Part shown: positions 9,590 through 18,663 of the stretch, one piece after another
How positions within the stretch are numbered: the stretch's first letter is position 1
How the letters are laid out: each line of letters starts with the position of its first letter
Notes under the pieces: generated by a model
The model's input: the letters and a program-made list of their open reading frames with translations, nothing else
Databases searched by the model: none
Told to the model about the DNA's origin: nothing
Program-made: the position numbers and the translations under genes
Assembly: GCA_965238175.1 (NCBI GenBank)
Contig: CBDEGZ010000003.1
Coordinates: forward strand, 771,885 to 835,884
Source: Gammaproteobacteria bacterium
GTDB taxonomy: Bacteria; Pseudomonadota; Gammaproteobacteria; CAJXQU01
Direction: 5' to 3'
Length of the DNA stretch: 64,000 nt

Positions 9590-11407
9590 CTAACTACTGT
9601 AAGGGACATCCAGATAAAAAGTGGCACCTTTTCCTTCGGTAGCATCAGCACCAAAATTGTGCTCAAGTAATCTTGCTGTATGCGAAACAATTGATAGACC
9701 CAGACCTAAACCTTGATCATTTTTTTTATTTTTTCTTTTACTGATCGTTTTGCCTCGATAAAATTCTTCAAAGATATTATTTTTTGTTTCTTGATCAAAC
9801 CCTGGCCCTGTATCACAAACCTGAAGACGTAATTCTTCATCTTTTATGATCGCTTCAAGTGAGATTTCTCCAGCTTCGGTATATCGGATTGCATTGCTTA
9901 ATAAATTACGCAAAATTCTTTCTAGCAAGATTGGATCAGAAGTAATAATCCCTTTTACGTTTACTACTTTTAGTTGAAGATTTTTTTCTTCTGCGAGAAT
10001 CGAGAAGTCTTGTTCTAGCTTATGTAATAAATCTTCAATCCTGAAATTACTGATCTTAGGTTGAAGCTGACCAGCTTCAAGCCTGCCCAGGTCGAGTAGC
10101 GAGTTGAACATGTCTTGCATGGATTGAACTGATATTTTTATTCTGTCGATCAAATCGGTTTTTTTGGGATCTGAAGAAACTTCTTTTTGGAGTAGATCGG
10201 TATAAAGCGAGAGAGTGTTGAGAGGTTGACGCAGATCATGACTGGCGGCACGTAAGAATCTCGACTTGGAAAGATTCTCTTCAACCGCTTCGGTTTTTAA
10301 CGCACGTTCTTTTTTTACTTTTTGCTGCGAGAGTAATAATTGGCGAGCACGAAGTTGGGAAAGAAACAGGTATAAAGAGATTAACGATGTGATCAAAATA
10401 CCACTGATTACCCCAAGATAAGGTAATTTTGATCCGTTCCATTTACCTATAGTTATATTACTTTCGGTTGAAGATTTAAAAACCGCAACCCATTGTCTAT
10501 CACCTACGGTGAACCTGCGTATCCAATGAGGTGTTTGTAACTGATCAATTGCGGCAACTTTTTTGATCAATTGAGCCTTGTTTTCTCCAGAAGAGTCACT
10601 ACCGAAGTGAAATAAAAACTGTTCATTTTTTCTGGCTGATGCATCTAGTAATGTGATATCCAGATCCGTTTCATCGGCAAACATGCTCTGGAATAACCCA
10701 GTTATATCAAACTGCCCCATTGCAAAACCAGAGATAGATGAAATACCTTCATAATTTTTCTTACCCGATAGTGGCACCGGCAAAAATGCCTGAAAACCAA
10801 ACTGACCCCTACCGTTATATAAGTGAATACGTCGTGTTACGGCGGTGGTTTTATGATTGACAGCGGCTTGCATTGCACGCCATTTAGAAGGAACCGCAGC
10901 AAGATTCATTCCTTCACTCAAACGCTCATCGCGTAATGAGATCAAGTGGTAGATGGGAAACGAATCGCCTTGTTTTAGGCTAGTACCCGGCATTCCATGC
11001 CCTGTCACTTCGAAGATATTAAATCTGGCAGACACCTCATCTCGTGCTTTAGCTATAAAGCCATTTCGTGCTTCATTACTCACTCGCGGCACCCAACCAA
11101 GAGCAATGGTTCCTTCATGGAAAGCCGCATCTGAGAGGACAAAAATCTCAAATGCTTCGCGACTGACGGATTCACTAGCTCTGTATAGAGCGGCAATTGA
11201 TGTTAATGATTCAAGTCCTAGATCGAGCCTTTCTTGAAGTTGTTCTGCCTTCGCTTCATAGCGACGCTTTATTTCTGTACGAAGGCTTTCTTGCGAGTAT
11301 TCAAGTAAAACATTAAAGCCCCATGCGGTTAGCAGCAAACCCAACGCAAAAACGGTTCCGGTCAGGATAAAGGGCCATTTTAATAACTGTCTATTTATTG
11401 ATGCCAC
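9590..11407 (-). CDS. sensor histidine kinase with periplasmic CHASE-like domain (GTG start)
   Basis: An N-terminal transmembrane segment, a roughly 280-aa periplasmic domain and a second transmembrane segment. HisKA H-box SHDLRQPLN and HATPase_c (N, G1, G2 boxes). There is no receiver domain. Confidence 0.8.
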   Translation of the reverse strand: MASINRQLLKWPFILTGTVFALGLLLTAWGFNVLLEYSQESLRTEIKRRYEAKAEQLQERLDLGLESLTSIAALYRASESVSREAFEIFVLSDAAFHEGTIALGWVPRVSNEARNGFIAKARDEVSARFNIFEVTGHGMPGTSLKQGDSFPIYHLISLRDERLSEGMNLAAVPSKWRAMQAAVNHKTTAVTRRIHLYNGRGQFGFQAFLPVPLSGKKNYEGISSISGFAMGQFDITGLFQSMFADETDLDITLLDASARKNEQFLFHFGSDSSGENKAQLIKKVAAIDQLQTPHWIRRFTVGDRQWVAVFKSSTESNITIGKWNGSKLPYLGVISGILITSLISLYLFLSQLRARQLLLSQQKVKKERALKTEAVEENLSKSRFLRAASHDLRQPLNTLSLYTDLLQKEVSSDPKKTDLIDRIKISVQSMQDMFNSLLDLGRLEAGQLQPKISNFRIEDLLHKLEQDFSILAEEKNLQLKVVNVKGIITSDPILLERILRNLLSNAIRYTEAGEISLEAIIKDEELRLQVCDTGPGFDQETKNNIFEEFYRGKTISKRKNKKNDQGLGLGLSIVSHTARLLEHNFGADATEGKGATFYLDVPYSS

Positions 11408-11517
11408 CTATTATTCCGAAGGTTATAGTCCGTCCTGCATATTGTTATGTAGCAAGATCAATTCCATACTTATCTCGCATGTTTAAAAAACATATAAAAC
11501 TAAAGGAGATGTATATA

Positions 11518-11994
11518 ATGATCAACAAAACTATTCTAATCGCTTTTCTTTCATTATTCACAGTTGCTAGCAATGCAGCAGATGGCGCGCTAACAGTTTC
11601 TAAACAGGCTGTGCTTGATGTACCACCTTCAACTGCCTGGGCATTGCTGGGTGACTTTAATGGTTTGAACAACTGGCATCCTGCTGTGGCAGACAGTGAG
11701 TTAAGTTCTGATGGTCAAAAACGAGTATTAACATTGGGTGATGGCGCAAAAATCTATGAAACACAACTCAACCATAGTAACTCTAATATGTCTTATACCT
11801 ACAAAATAACTGAGTCACCATTACCGGTATCTGATTATGTTTCAACTATCAAAGTTGAACGTAATACAATGGGAACTTCTACTGTTACATGGTCTTCAAG
11901 CTTTAATGCCGCTGGTGTACCTGATGAGAAAGCCGTCGAAATTATTTCTGGCGTTTATGGCGGTGGCTTACAGTCGTTAGAGACCTTATATTAA
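11518..11994 (+). CDS. secreted SRPBCC (polyketide cyclase/Bet v1-like) family protein
   Basis: Signal peptide MINKTILIAFLSLFTVASNA. AGGAG Shine-Dalgarno 9 nt upstream of the ATG at 11518. SRPBCC-like spacing (NWHPAV...). The track ORF is extended at its N-terminus. Confidence 0.5.
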   Translation: MINKTILIAFLSLFTVASNAADGALTVSKQAVLDVPPSTAWALLGDFNGLNNWHPAVADSELSSDGQKRVLTLGDGAKIYETQLNHSNSNMSYTYKITESPLPVSDYVSTIKVERNTMGTSTVTWSSSFNAAGVPDEKAVEIISGVYGGGLQSLETLY

Positions 11995-12231
11995 GATTTG
12001 ATTTGATCTTGAAACCTTTACACGGAAGAGTATCTTGTTTCCAAGCAAGGCAAAAACACGCACAAAAGAGGGAGTTTATGTTTTATAAATGACCAATTGA
12101 GCATGTTTTATCAACAGTAGGCGCTATAGGCAACACCGCACAGGAGCAAAATAACTTTCGTGTGATGGTTTCAGCTATGACAGTCTTGATGGCTGTCGTA
12201 GTTCTTTCAAGTAACGTATTATGTTGCGCAT

Positions 12232-12846
12232 ATGGACATCCTAATCGCCGACGACCACCCACTATATCGCGATGCGCTTAGTATGCTCGTGCAACAACTT
12301 GATGATGTGGTGAATACCACGACTGTGACTTGTTACGATGATGTGATCGAGCATCTTCGACAAGAGAACCAACCAAACCTGATTTTAGTTGATCTGCATA
12401 TGCCTGGTATTGATGCGTGGCAGGGTATAAAAACCCTGCGCGGAATTTGCCCAGATATACCTGTGGTGGTGATCTCTTCCTCTGAATCTGAACAAGATAG
12501 TTCAAAAGCATTGGAACTCGGAGCGCTTGGGTTTATCCCAAAATCGCTTGATGGCGATAGTATGGTGAATGCGCTGAAGTTGATCGTCGAGAACGGCATC
12601 ACCATTGCTCCGATCATGAAACGTTCAGTCATAGAAGAAACACCAACCTCATCAATGTTAACTCCTCGCCAGAATGAGGTTTTACAACATCTTGCCAATG
12701 GAGAATCCAATAAGGTCATTGCCCGTGAACTCGATCTTTCTGAAGGAACCGTCAAACTACATGTTCGTGCTGTTTTCACCGCATTGAATGTCAGTAATCG
12801 AACGCAAGCCGTTAGAGCAGCTGAAAAAAAGGGGCTAGTCGATTAA
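12232..12846 (+). CDS. two-component response regulator, NarL/FixJ (LuxR) family
   Basis: Receiver domain (DD...D in LVDLHMPG, K in FIPKS) and a C-terminal LuxR-type helix-turn-helix (NKVIARELDLSEGTVKLHV). Confidence 0.85.
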   Translation: MDILIADDHPLYRDALSMLVQQLDDVVNTTTVTCYDDVIEHLRQENQPNLILVDLHMPGIDAWQGIKTLRGICPDIPVVVISSSESEQDSSKALELGALGFIPKSLDGDSMVNALKLIVENGITIAPIMKRSVIEETPTSSMLTPRQNEVLQHLANGESNKVIARELDLSEGTVKLHVRAVFTALNVSNRTQAVRAAEKKGLVD

Positions 12847-12972
12847 GTTTTTACAGAATATTTATCATGGTATATTTCTATAACAAAATATTAAATTAAC
12901 AATACTTCCACAATAATTACTTTGCCAATAAAGCCATAAAAATAAAACAATACTAATAATTAAAGAATAACA

Positions 12973-13743
12973 ATGTTCAAAATTGCCACATGGAATCTCA
13001 ACTCTCTTAAAGTACGCCATGATCATGTACTCGACTGGTTAGCAGCTGAACAGCCAGATGTTCTAACTTTACAAGAAACGAAAACCCAAGATCAAAACTT
13101 TCCATTAGAAGCCATCAATACCGCTGGTTATCAAGTCTCTTTTGCTGGCCAAAAGACCTTTAATGGTGTCGCAACACTGAGTAAAATTTCTGCACAAGAT
13201 GTAATCACCGATCTGCCTGATTTTGAAGATCCCCAACGTCGTGTGATGGGTTGTCGTATTGGTGATGTTTTTGTACTCAATTTATATGTTCCAAATGGAT
13301 CGGACGTGGGAACAGAAAAATATGCGTATAAACTCAATTGGCTAAAAGCACTTCATAACTATGTAAAGCAGCTATTAGAAAAAGAGAGGCATGTTATTTT
13401 GTTGGGTGACTTTAATATCGCACCCGAAGATCGCGATGTTCACGATCCTGAAAAATGGGAAGGTGGTGTTTTAGTGAGCGAACCTGAAAGGGAAGCACTT
13501 ACCAAAATTCAAAATGAAGGTTTGGTTGATGTTTTTCGTTTATTTGATCAAGAAGAAAAATCTTTCTCATGGTGGGATTATCGTATGCTGGGTTTTCAGC
13601 AAAATCATGGTCTTAGAATTGATCTGATTTTAGCAAGCCAAAAACTAAGCGGTTTTTGTACTTCATGCAGAATTGATAAAGACCCACGACGACTTGAAAA
13701 ACCTTCTGATCACACCCCTGTTATTGCGGAGTTTGCCTTGTGA
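12973..13743 (+). CDS. xthA: exodeoxyribonuclease III
   Basis: MFKIATWNLNSL start, DVLTLQETK, LLGDFNIAP and a C-terminal SDHTPV: the AP endonuclease family 1 signature. Confidence 0.92.
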   Translation: MFKIATWNLNSLKVRHDHVLDWLAAEQPDVLTLQETKTQDQNFPLEAINTAGYQVSFAGQKTFNGVATLSKISAQDVITDLPDFEDPQRRVMGCRIGDVFVLNLYVPNGSDVGTEKYAYKLNWLKALHNYVKQLLEKERHVILLGDFNIAPEDRDVHDPEKWEGGVLVSEPEREALTKIQNEGLVDVFRLFDQEEKSFSWWDYRMLGFQQNHGLRIDLILASQKLSGFCTSCRIDKDPRRLEKPSDHTPVIAEFAL

Positions 13744-13748
13744 AAAAT

Positions 13749-14288
13749 ATGAAAAAGATTTTTTTTTACCTCCTGTTTGTTATTTCTAATCCTCTTTTTG
13801 CCGGTGAATTAAATGGCCCGCACAATCACGGCGAAGTTGAGTTACTCGCACTATGGCATGACAACAAGCTAAAAATCACCTTGGTTGCAAGTGCGCAGGA
13901 TCTACTTGGTTTTGAACGTGAGCCCGCAACTGCAAAAGAAAAAAAGACCTTACGAAATTTTGATAAAAAATATAATCCTTTCAAATTGCTTGAAATCAAT
14001 TCAGAAGCAGAATGTGATTACTCAAAAGGCTATTCAGAATCAGAACTGTTTTCGGCAGCACCTCACAAACATGGCATGTTAGATGAAACTCACACGCATG
14101 AGCTCGGATTAGAAGGCCATATCGATTTTCTTATGTATTCGGAATATAAATGCGATAACGCTCCGGTTATAACGTTCGAACTATTTAATTTATCGCCATC
14201 CGTCAAAAAAATTAACGTGCATGAAAACACCATCGATGGAGAGATATTAACAACATTATCGAAACAAAATAATGAGCTCAAATTTTAA
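13749..14288 (+). CDS. His-rich periplasmic protein, possible metal-binding (ZrgA/DUF2796-like?)
   Basis: Signal peptide MKKIFFYLLFVISNPLFA. His clusters HNHGE, HKHG, HTHELGLEGH. Immediately upstream of and overlapping a HupE/UreJ gene. Confidence 0.45.
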   Translation: MKKIFFYLLFVISNPLFAGELNGPHNHGEVELLALWHDNKLKITLVASAQDLLGFEREPATAKEKKTLRNFDKKYNPFKLLEINSEAECDYSKGYSESELFSAAPHKHGMLDETHTHELGLEGHIDFLMYSEYKCDNAPVITFELFNLSPSVKKINVHENTIDGEILTTLSKQNNELKF

Positions 14289-14859
14289 ACAACTTATTTT
14301 ATCCTGCTTAATCTTTTTTCCTTCCTTAACCTTCGCTCACGCAATTGAAGGCAATGGTTTTATGGCTGGGTTGTATCATCCAGTTTTTGGGCTTGACCAT
14401 TTACTAGCAATGCTTGCCGTTGGCATTCTCAGCACACAAATCGGTGGCAAAGCCATCTGGACTGTACCCGCAAGCTTCGTCACGATCATGTTGGTTTCTG
14501 GGTGGGTTGGTATGGAGGCTCTAGTGGATTTATCCACTACCCAGGTTGAAAATGGAATTATTTTTTCTGTTATTTTGTTGGGATTTTTGATCGCATTTGA
14601 AAAAAACATGCCCACCTTGCTAGCAATGTTATTCGTTGCTTTCTTTGCGATTTTTCACGGCTACGCGCACGGTATTGAAGTTCCAGCAAAAGCCAATCCT
14701 TACTATTTTGCAGCCGGTTTCGTGATCAGTACAATTGTAATTCATCTTGCAGGTGTTTTGATCGGTTTTATCGCTGGACGATGGAAAATTTCTACGACTT
14801 TATTACGCTATGCTGGTGCTGTAATGATGGGTATGGGAATACAAATGTTATTAGGATAA
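14272..14859 (+). CDS. hupE: HupE/UreJ family metal (Ni/Co/Zn) transporter
   Basis: A signal peptide, then HAIEGNGFMAGLYHPVFGLDHLLAMLAVGILS, the hallmark HupE/UreJ N-terminus, followed by 5 transmembrane segments. Confidence 0.8.
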   Translation: MSSNFKQLILSCLIFFPSLTFAHAIEGNGFMAGLYHPVFGLDHLLAMLAVGILSTQIGGKAIWTVPASFVTIMLVSGWVGMEALVDLSTTQVENGIIFSVILLGFLIAFEKNMPTLLAMLFVAFFAIFHGYAHGIEVPAKANPYYFAAGFVISTIVIHLAGVLIGFIAGRWKISTTLLRYAGAVMMGMGIQMLLG

Positions 14860-14882
14860 TATCTCAATTCCGGGTTTCAAAT

Positions 14883-15500
14883 CTAATTCAAAAACTTCAA
14901 TAATTTTTTATCTTTAACGACAGCAGAGAGTGCCTTTGAAACAATCTTATTGATCATTTTTTCATTCTGACTGGCCAGTGGTGTGATCAAAACTTCTTCT
15001 TCAATACTTGCTGCATATTTACTAGTGAAACTTTTGTCTTTTTTATTACACTTAACTCTCAACAAAATATTATTCTTAATCACTTTGGGAAATTTTTTGC
15101 CAAGTATTTCGTAACCCAAACTTTCAACAAAAATTGTCATGTCGATATCTGTAGCATTTGAATTAATCATATTAAAACCATAACCACTCAGGGCACCAAC
15201 AAGTTCTTGTCTAATCGGTTCTTCAGATCCGCCGTTAATAGTTAAAAGGGCCGTATCAGAATAAATCCCACCACGCGTACCCAATACTTTAGAGGGGCGT
15301 TCGTCAACCACTTTTAAATCGATTGAGCGTGATCGGCCGATATCTTTTTTATCGACGGTAATCGACGGATTAAGACTAATAGATTGAGGACTCACAGCGC
15401 ATCCAGAAACAGAAATTAATCCGCTAAAAAGAGTTAGATAAAGTAATTTATACAATATACTTTTACTTGAATAACTATTCTGGCTCATCCTGTTTTCCAT
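14883..15500 (-). CDS. yajG: YajG-family lipoprotein
   Basis: Lipobox ISVSGC after an n/h-region. Resembles E. coli YajG (SPQSISLNPSITV.., ..NKIVSKALSAVV). Likely ATG at 15500 or 15488. The track start at 15518 is a TTG inside the upstream gene. Confidence 0.55.
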   Translation of the reverse strand: MENRMSQNSYSSKSILYKLLYLTLFSGLISVSGCAVSPQSISLNPSITVDKKDIGRSRSIDLKVVDERPSKVLGTRGGIYSDTALLTINGGSEEPIRQELVGALSGYGFNMINSNATDIDMTIFVESLGYEILGKKFPKVIKNNILLRVKCNKKDKSFTSKYAASIEEEVLITPLASQNEKMINKIVSKALSAVVKDKKLLKFLN

Positions 15501-16110
15501 ACCTTTTGAATTTTTCAATATTAATCGCTATTTCTTGCTTTGAAAGAATGACTGGCTCGCCGATTTGTAAAGTGAGAAAATATTGCTTTGCTAATTCTTC
15601 GACTTGAGTTGCCATATCAAACGCGTGTTTTAAACTTTCACCCACAGCAAGCATGCCATGATTTGCTATCAAACAAGCTTTCCGATCTTGCATTGCAACT
15701 AGTATGTTGTCAGACAATGCTTGCGTGCCGAAAGTTGCATATTCAGCACAGCGGATCGTGTCTCCACCCGCTTCTGCAATCATATAATGGAATGGCGGAA
15801 TATCTTTTTGTAAGCAAGCCAGTGCTGTTGCGTAAGTAGAATGTGTGTGAACTATTGCTCCAACATCAGCTCTTTTCTGGTAAAGATCAAAGTGAAAACG
15901 CCATTCACTTGAGGGTTGTAATTGATCATCAGTACGCTTTCCATCGTTATCGATAAAAACAATCTGTTCTGAACTTAAACTCTCATTTGGAATTCCGGTG
16001 GGCGTGATCAGAAAACCATTTTTCACCTGAATACTGAGGTTCCCTGTCCTGCCAGTAGTCAATTTCTTAGCTGTTTTTACAACTAATTTTCGTTTTAATG
16101 TTTGACTCAT
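15475..16110 (-). CDS. class II aldolase/adducin family protein (FucA/AraD-like)
   Basis: Zn-ligand pattern HxH (VHTHS) and the fold-typical N-terminal TGxxGNLS. Confidence 0.75.
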   Translation of the reverse strand: MSQTLKRKLVVKTAKKLTTGRTGNLSIQVKNGFLITPTGIPNESLSSEQIVFIDNDGKRTDDQLQPSSEWRFHFDLYQKRADVGAIVHTHSTYATALACLQKDIPPFHYMIAEAGGDTIRCAEYATFGTQALSDNILVAMQDRKACLIANHGMLAVGESLKHAFDMATQVEELAKQYFLTLQIGEPVILSKQEIAINIEKFKRYGKQDEPE

Positions 16111-16156
16111 ATTAGGTGTAGGGCTGACAAATATAGATCTGATAAATAGTTAACTG

Positions 16157-17671
16157 TTATTTTAAGAATAACGAATACGCCGGATTTTCTGTTTCTTCCC
16201 AATATGGTAACTCCAGTTTCACCAGTAATTTCCGGAACTGATCTCTTTCTGGTTCAGGAACCTGGATACCCATTAATACACGACCATATGCCGCGCCATG
16301 ATTACGGTAATGAAATAAGCTGATATTCCAATCTTGTCCGATACGATTCAAAAAATGTAGTAATGCACCGGGACGTTCTGGGAATTCAAAACGCACCAAT
16401 ATTTCATTTTCAATTTTTGCACCATGCCCTCCAACCATATATCGAATGTGCATTTTGGCCATTTCGTTATCTGAAAGATCTACGACTGGATAACCTTTTT
16501 CTCCTAACTGCGCCAATAGAGATTCTTTCTCTTCCAGGCCATTTCGGATCTGTATTCCTGCAAAAATGTGGGCTTGTTGATCATCAGCAAAACGGTAATT
16601 AAATTCCGTAATTGATCGCAGTCCAATCGTGTGGCAAAAATCGTGAAAGCTTCCGGGTTTTTCTGGAATAGTTACTCCTACTAGAACCTCTCTTTGCTCT
16701 CCTAATTCGGCGAGTTCGGCGACATGACGCAAACGATCAAAGTTAATATTTGCGCCACTAAAAATGGCGACTAACTCTTTATCTTTGATATTTTCTCTAG
16801 CGACATATTGCTTTAATCCTGCCAGCCCAAGCGCGCCTGCCGGTTCAGGGATTGATCTCGTATCTTCAAAAATATCTTTAACCGCTGCGCAGATCTCATC
16901 ATTCGTCACCAATATGACTTCATCAACATATTTTTGTGCAACCCGAAATGTTTCCGAACCAACCAGGCGAACCGCTGCGCCATCCGCGAATATTCCAATC
17001 TTATCGAGTAGAACAGGCTTACCTGCTTTTAGTGATCGTTCTAATGACGGAGCTTCATCAGATTCGACACCAATGATTTTGATCGCTGGATTAACCGATT
17101 TTACGTATGCACAAATACCGGCGATCAATCCTCCACCACCAACAGGTACAAAAAGGATATCGGGATTGTTCGGATGTTGATCAAGAATTTCTTTTGCGAC
17201 TGTGCCTTGCCCTGCAATCACCAGAGGGTGATCAAAAGGAGGGATGTACGCCAACCCTTTTTCATCAGATAACTTATGCGCATGATCACTGGCTTCATCG
17301 TAAGTATTACCATGCAGAACTATCTCACCACCGAGATGGCGTACCGAATTTATTTTGATCTCCGGTGTTGTTTTCGGCATGACAATGACAGCCGTGATGC
17401 CAAGCTTTTGAGCAGACAGAGCTACACCTTGAGCATGGTTTCCTGCAGAGGCGGTAATAATCCCCTGTTGCTTTTCTTCCGCGCTGAGAGAAGAAATCAG
17501 ATTATACGCTCCACGTAATTTGTAAGAAAAAACGGGTTGTAGATCCTCTCTTTTTAACCAAACTTTGTTACCTACTTTTTGTGTCAACGCGGGTGCAAAA
17601 TCTAGCGGTGTTTTTTTTGCCACATCGTAGACTTTTGCTTGGTTGATCATTTCCAAATATTTCTTGAGCAT
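16157..17671 (-). CDS. ilvA: biosynthetic threonine dehydratase IlvA
   Basis: PLP lysine motif FSYKLRGAYN, glycine-rich loop GGGGL, and two C-terminal ACT-like regulatory domains. Confidence 0.93.
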   Translation of the reverse strand: MLKKYLEMINQAKVYDVAKKTPLDFAPALTQKVGNKVWLKREDLQPVFSYKLRGAYNLISSLSAEEKQQGIITASAGNHAQGVALSAQKLGITAVIVMPKTTPEIKINSVRHLGGEIVLHGNTYDEASDHAHKLSDEKGLAYIPPFDHPLVIAGQGTVAKEILDQHPNNPDILFVPVGGGGLIAGICAYVKSVNPAIKIIGVESDEAPSLERSLKAGKPVLLDKIGIFADGAAVRLVGSETFRVAQKYVDEVILVTNDEICAAVKDIFEDTRSIPEPAGALGLAGLKQYVARENIKDKELVAIFSGANINFDRLRHVAELAELGEQREVLVGVTIPEKPGSFHDFCHTIGLRSITEFNYRFADDQQAHIFAGIQIRNGLEEKESLLAQLGEKGYPVVDLSDNEMAKMHIRYMVGGHGAKIENEILVRFEFPERPGALLHFLNRIGQDWNISLFHYRNHGAAYGRVLMGIQVPEPERDQFRKLLVKLELPYWEETENPAYSLFLK

Positions 17672-17745
17672 GTCTTATGTATTGTCTGTACTTATTCAGC
17701 GTACAATAATAACATTATTATCAAGGTCAGCTTAGAGAGATTACG

Positions 17746-18399
17746 ATGGATCAAGATGCAAAGAAAAAAGCAGTCGCAAGAGCCGCGATGGATTATGTTG
17801 TTGAAGATGCGTATATAGGTGTCGGCACTGGTAGTACTGCAAATTTCTTCATTGAAATGCTGGCGGAAAAAAAAGGCCGTATCGAAGGTGCAGTTGCAAG
17901 TTCGGATGAAACCGAGAAACGTCTTAAGGAGCATGGCATCCCTGTCGTACCACTCAATAGCGTTAATGATTTACCTGTTTATGTGGATGGAGCAGATGAA
18001 TGCACCAAGTTTTTACACCTGACCAAAGGCGGTGGCGGTGCACTGACTCGCGAGAAAATAGTTGCCGCAGTAGCCGAAAAGTTCGTCTGTATTTTTGATG
18101 ACTCGAAGCTAGTTAAAACACTAGGAACCTTTCCACTTCCGATTGAAGTAATTCCAATGGCGCGAAGTTATGTTGCACGTGAGATTATCAAAATGGGCGG
18201 TCGTCCAGAAATTCGAAATGATTTCACCACAGATAATGGCAACATTATTCTTGATATTCATAATCTGGTAATACTTAATCCGGTCGAAACTGAAGAAAAA
18301 CTAAATTCGATTGTTGGCGTTGTTACCAATGGTTTATTTGCTAAAAGACCAGCGGATGTTGCTCTCGTCGCTACCAATGATGGGGTTATCGAGTTTTAG
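17746..18399 (+). CDS. rpiA: ribose-5-phosphate isomerase A
   Basis: [13 protein letters not shown] and [13 protein letters not shown] motifs. Confidence 0.93.
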   Translation: MDQDAKKKAVARAAMDYVVEDAYIGVGTGSTANFFIEMLAEKKGRIEGAVASSDETEKRLKEHGIPVVPLNSVNDLPVYVDGADECTKFLHLTKGGGGALTREKIVAAVAEKFVCIFDDSKLVKTLGTFPLPIEVIPMARSYVAREIIKMGGRPEIRNDFTTDNGNIILDIHNLVILNPVETEEKLNSIVGVVTNGLFAKRPADVALVATNDGVIEF

Positions 18400-18435
18400 A
18401 AAAAAATTTAGAAATGGTTCGTTGGTTAATCATTC

Positions 18436-18630
18436 TTGGACTTAATACCCAAGTATCACGGGTATATACCAATAGTACTTGGTTTATTATGGACACTGAT
18501 TAGCAAGTTAGGGTTTGGAAGGCTGCCTGGTGACATTTCACTCGAGAAAAAAATACTTGACTTACTTCCTGCTTACTTCATTAATTGTTATCTCTGTAAT
18601 TGTGAGTTTGATTTTCTGGTTCTTTCGTAA
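18436..18630 (+). pseudogene. DUF2905-family small membrane protein gene interrupted by a frameshift at an A7 run
   Basis: In-frame ...GFGRLPGDISLEKK. A -1 shift after the A7 run (18547-18553) continues YLTYFLLTSLIVISVIVSLIFWFFRK*, restoring the typical DUF2905 transmembrane tail. Confidence 0.45.
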
Positions 18631-18663
18631 ATAATCTAGCGAAGGTAATCGATCTGAAAAAGA

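Noticed and set aside
16764-17180. 138-aa antisense ORF inside ilvA (and similar ORFs inside dsbD at 26925..27329, the patatin gene at 28627..28983, the response regulator at 12333..12779, accC and purH)
   Set aside because: Each is embedded in a high-confidence housekeeping gene on the opposite strand or in another frame. Their composition is Ser/Cys/Arg-rich in a way typical of antisense frames.
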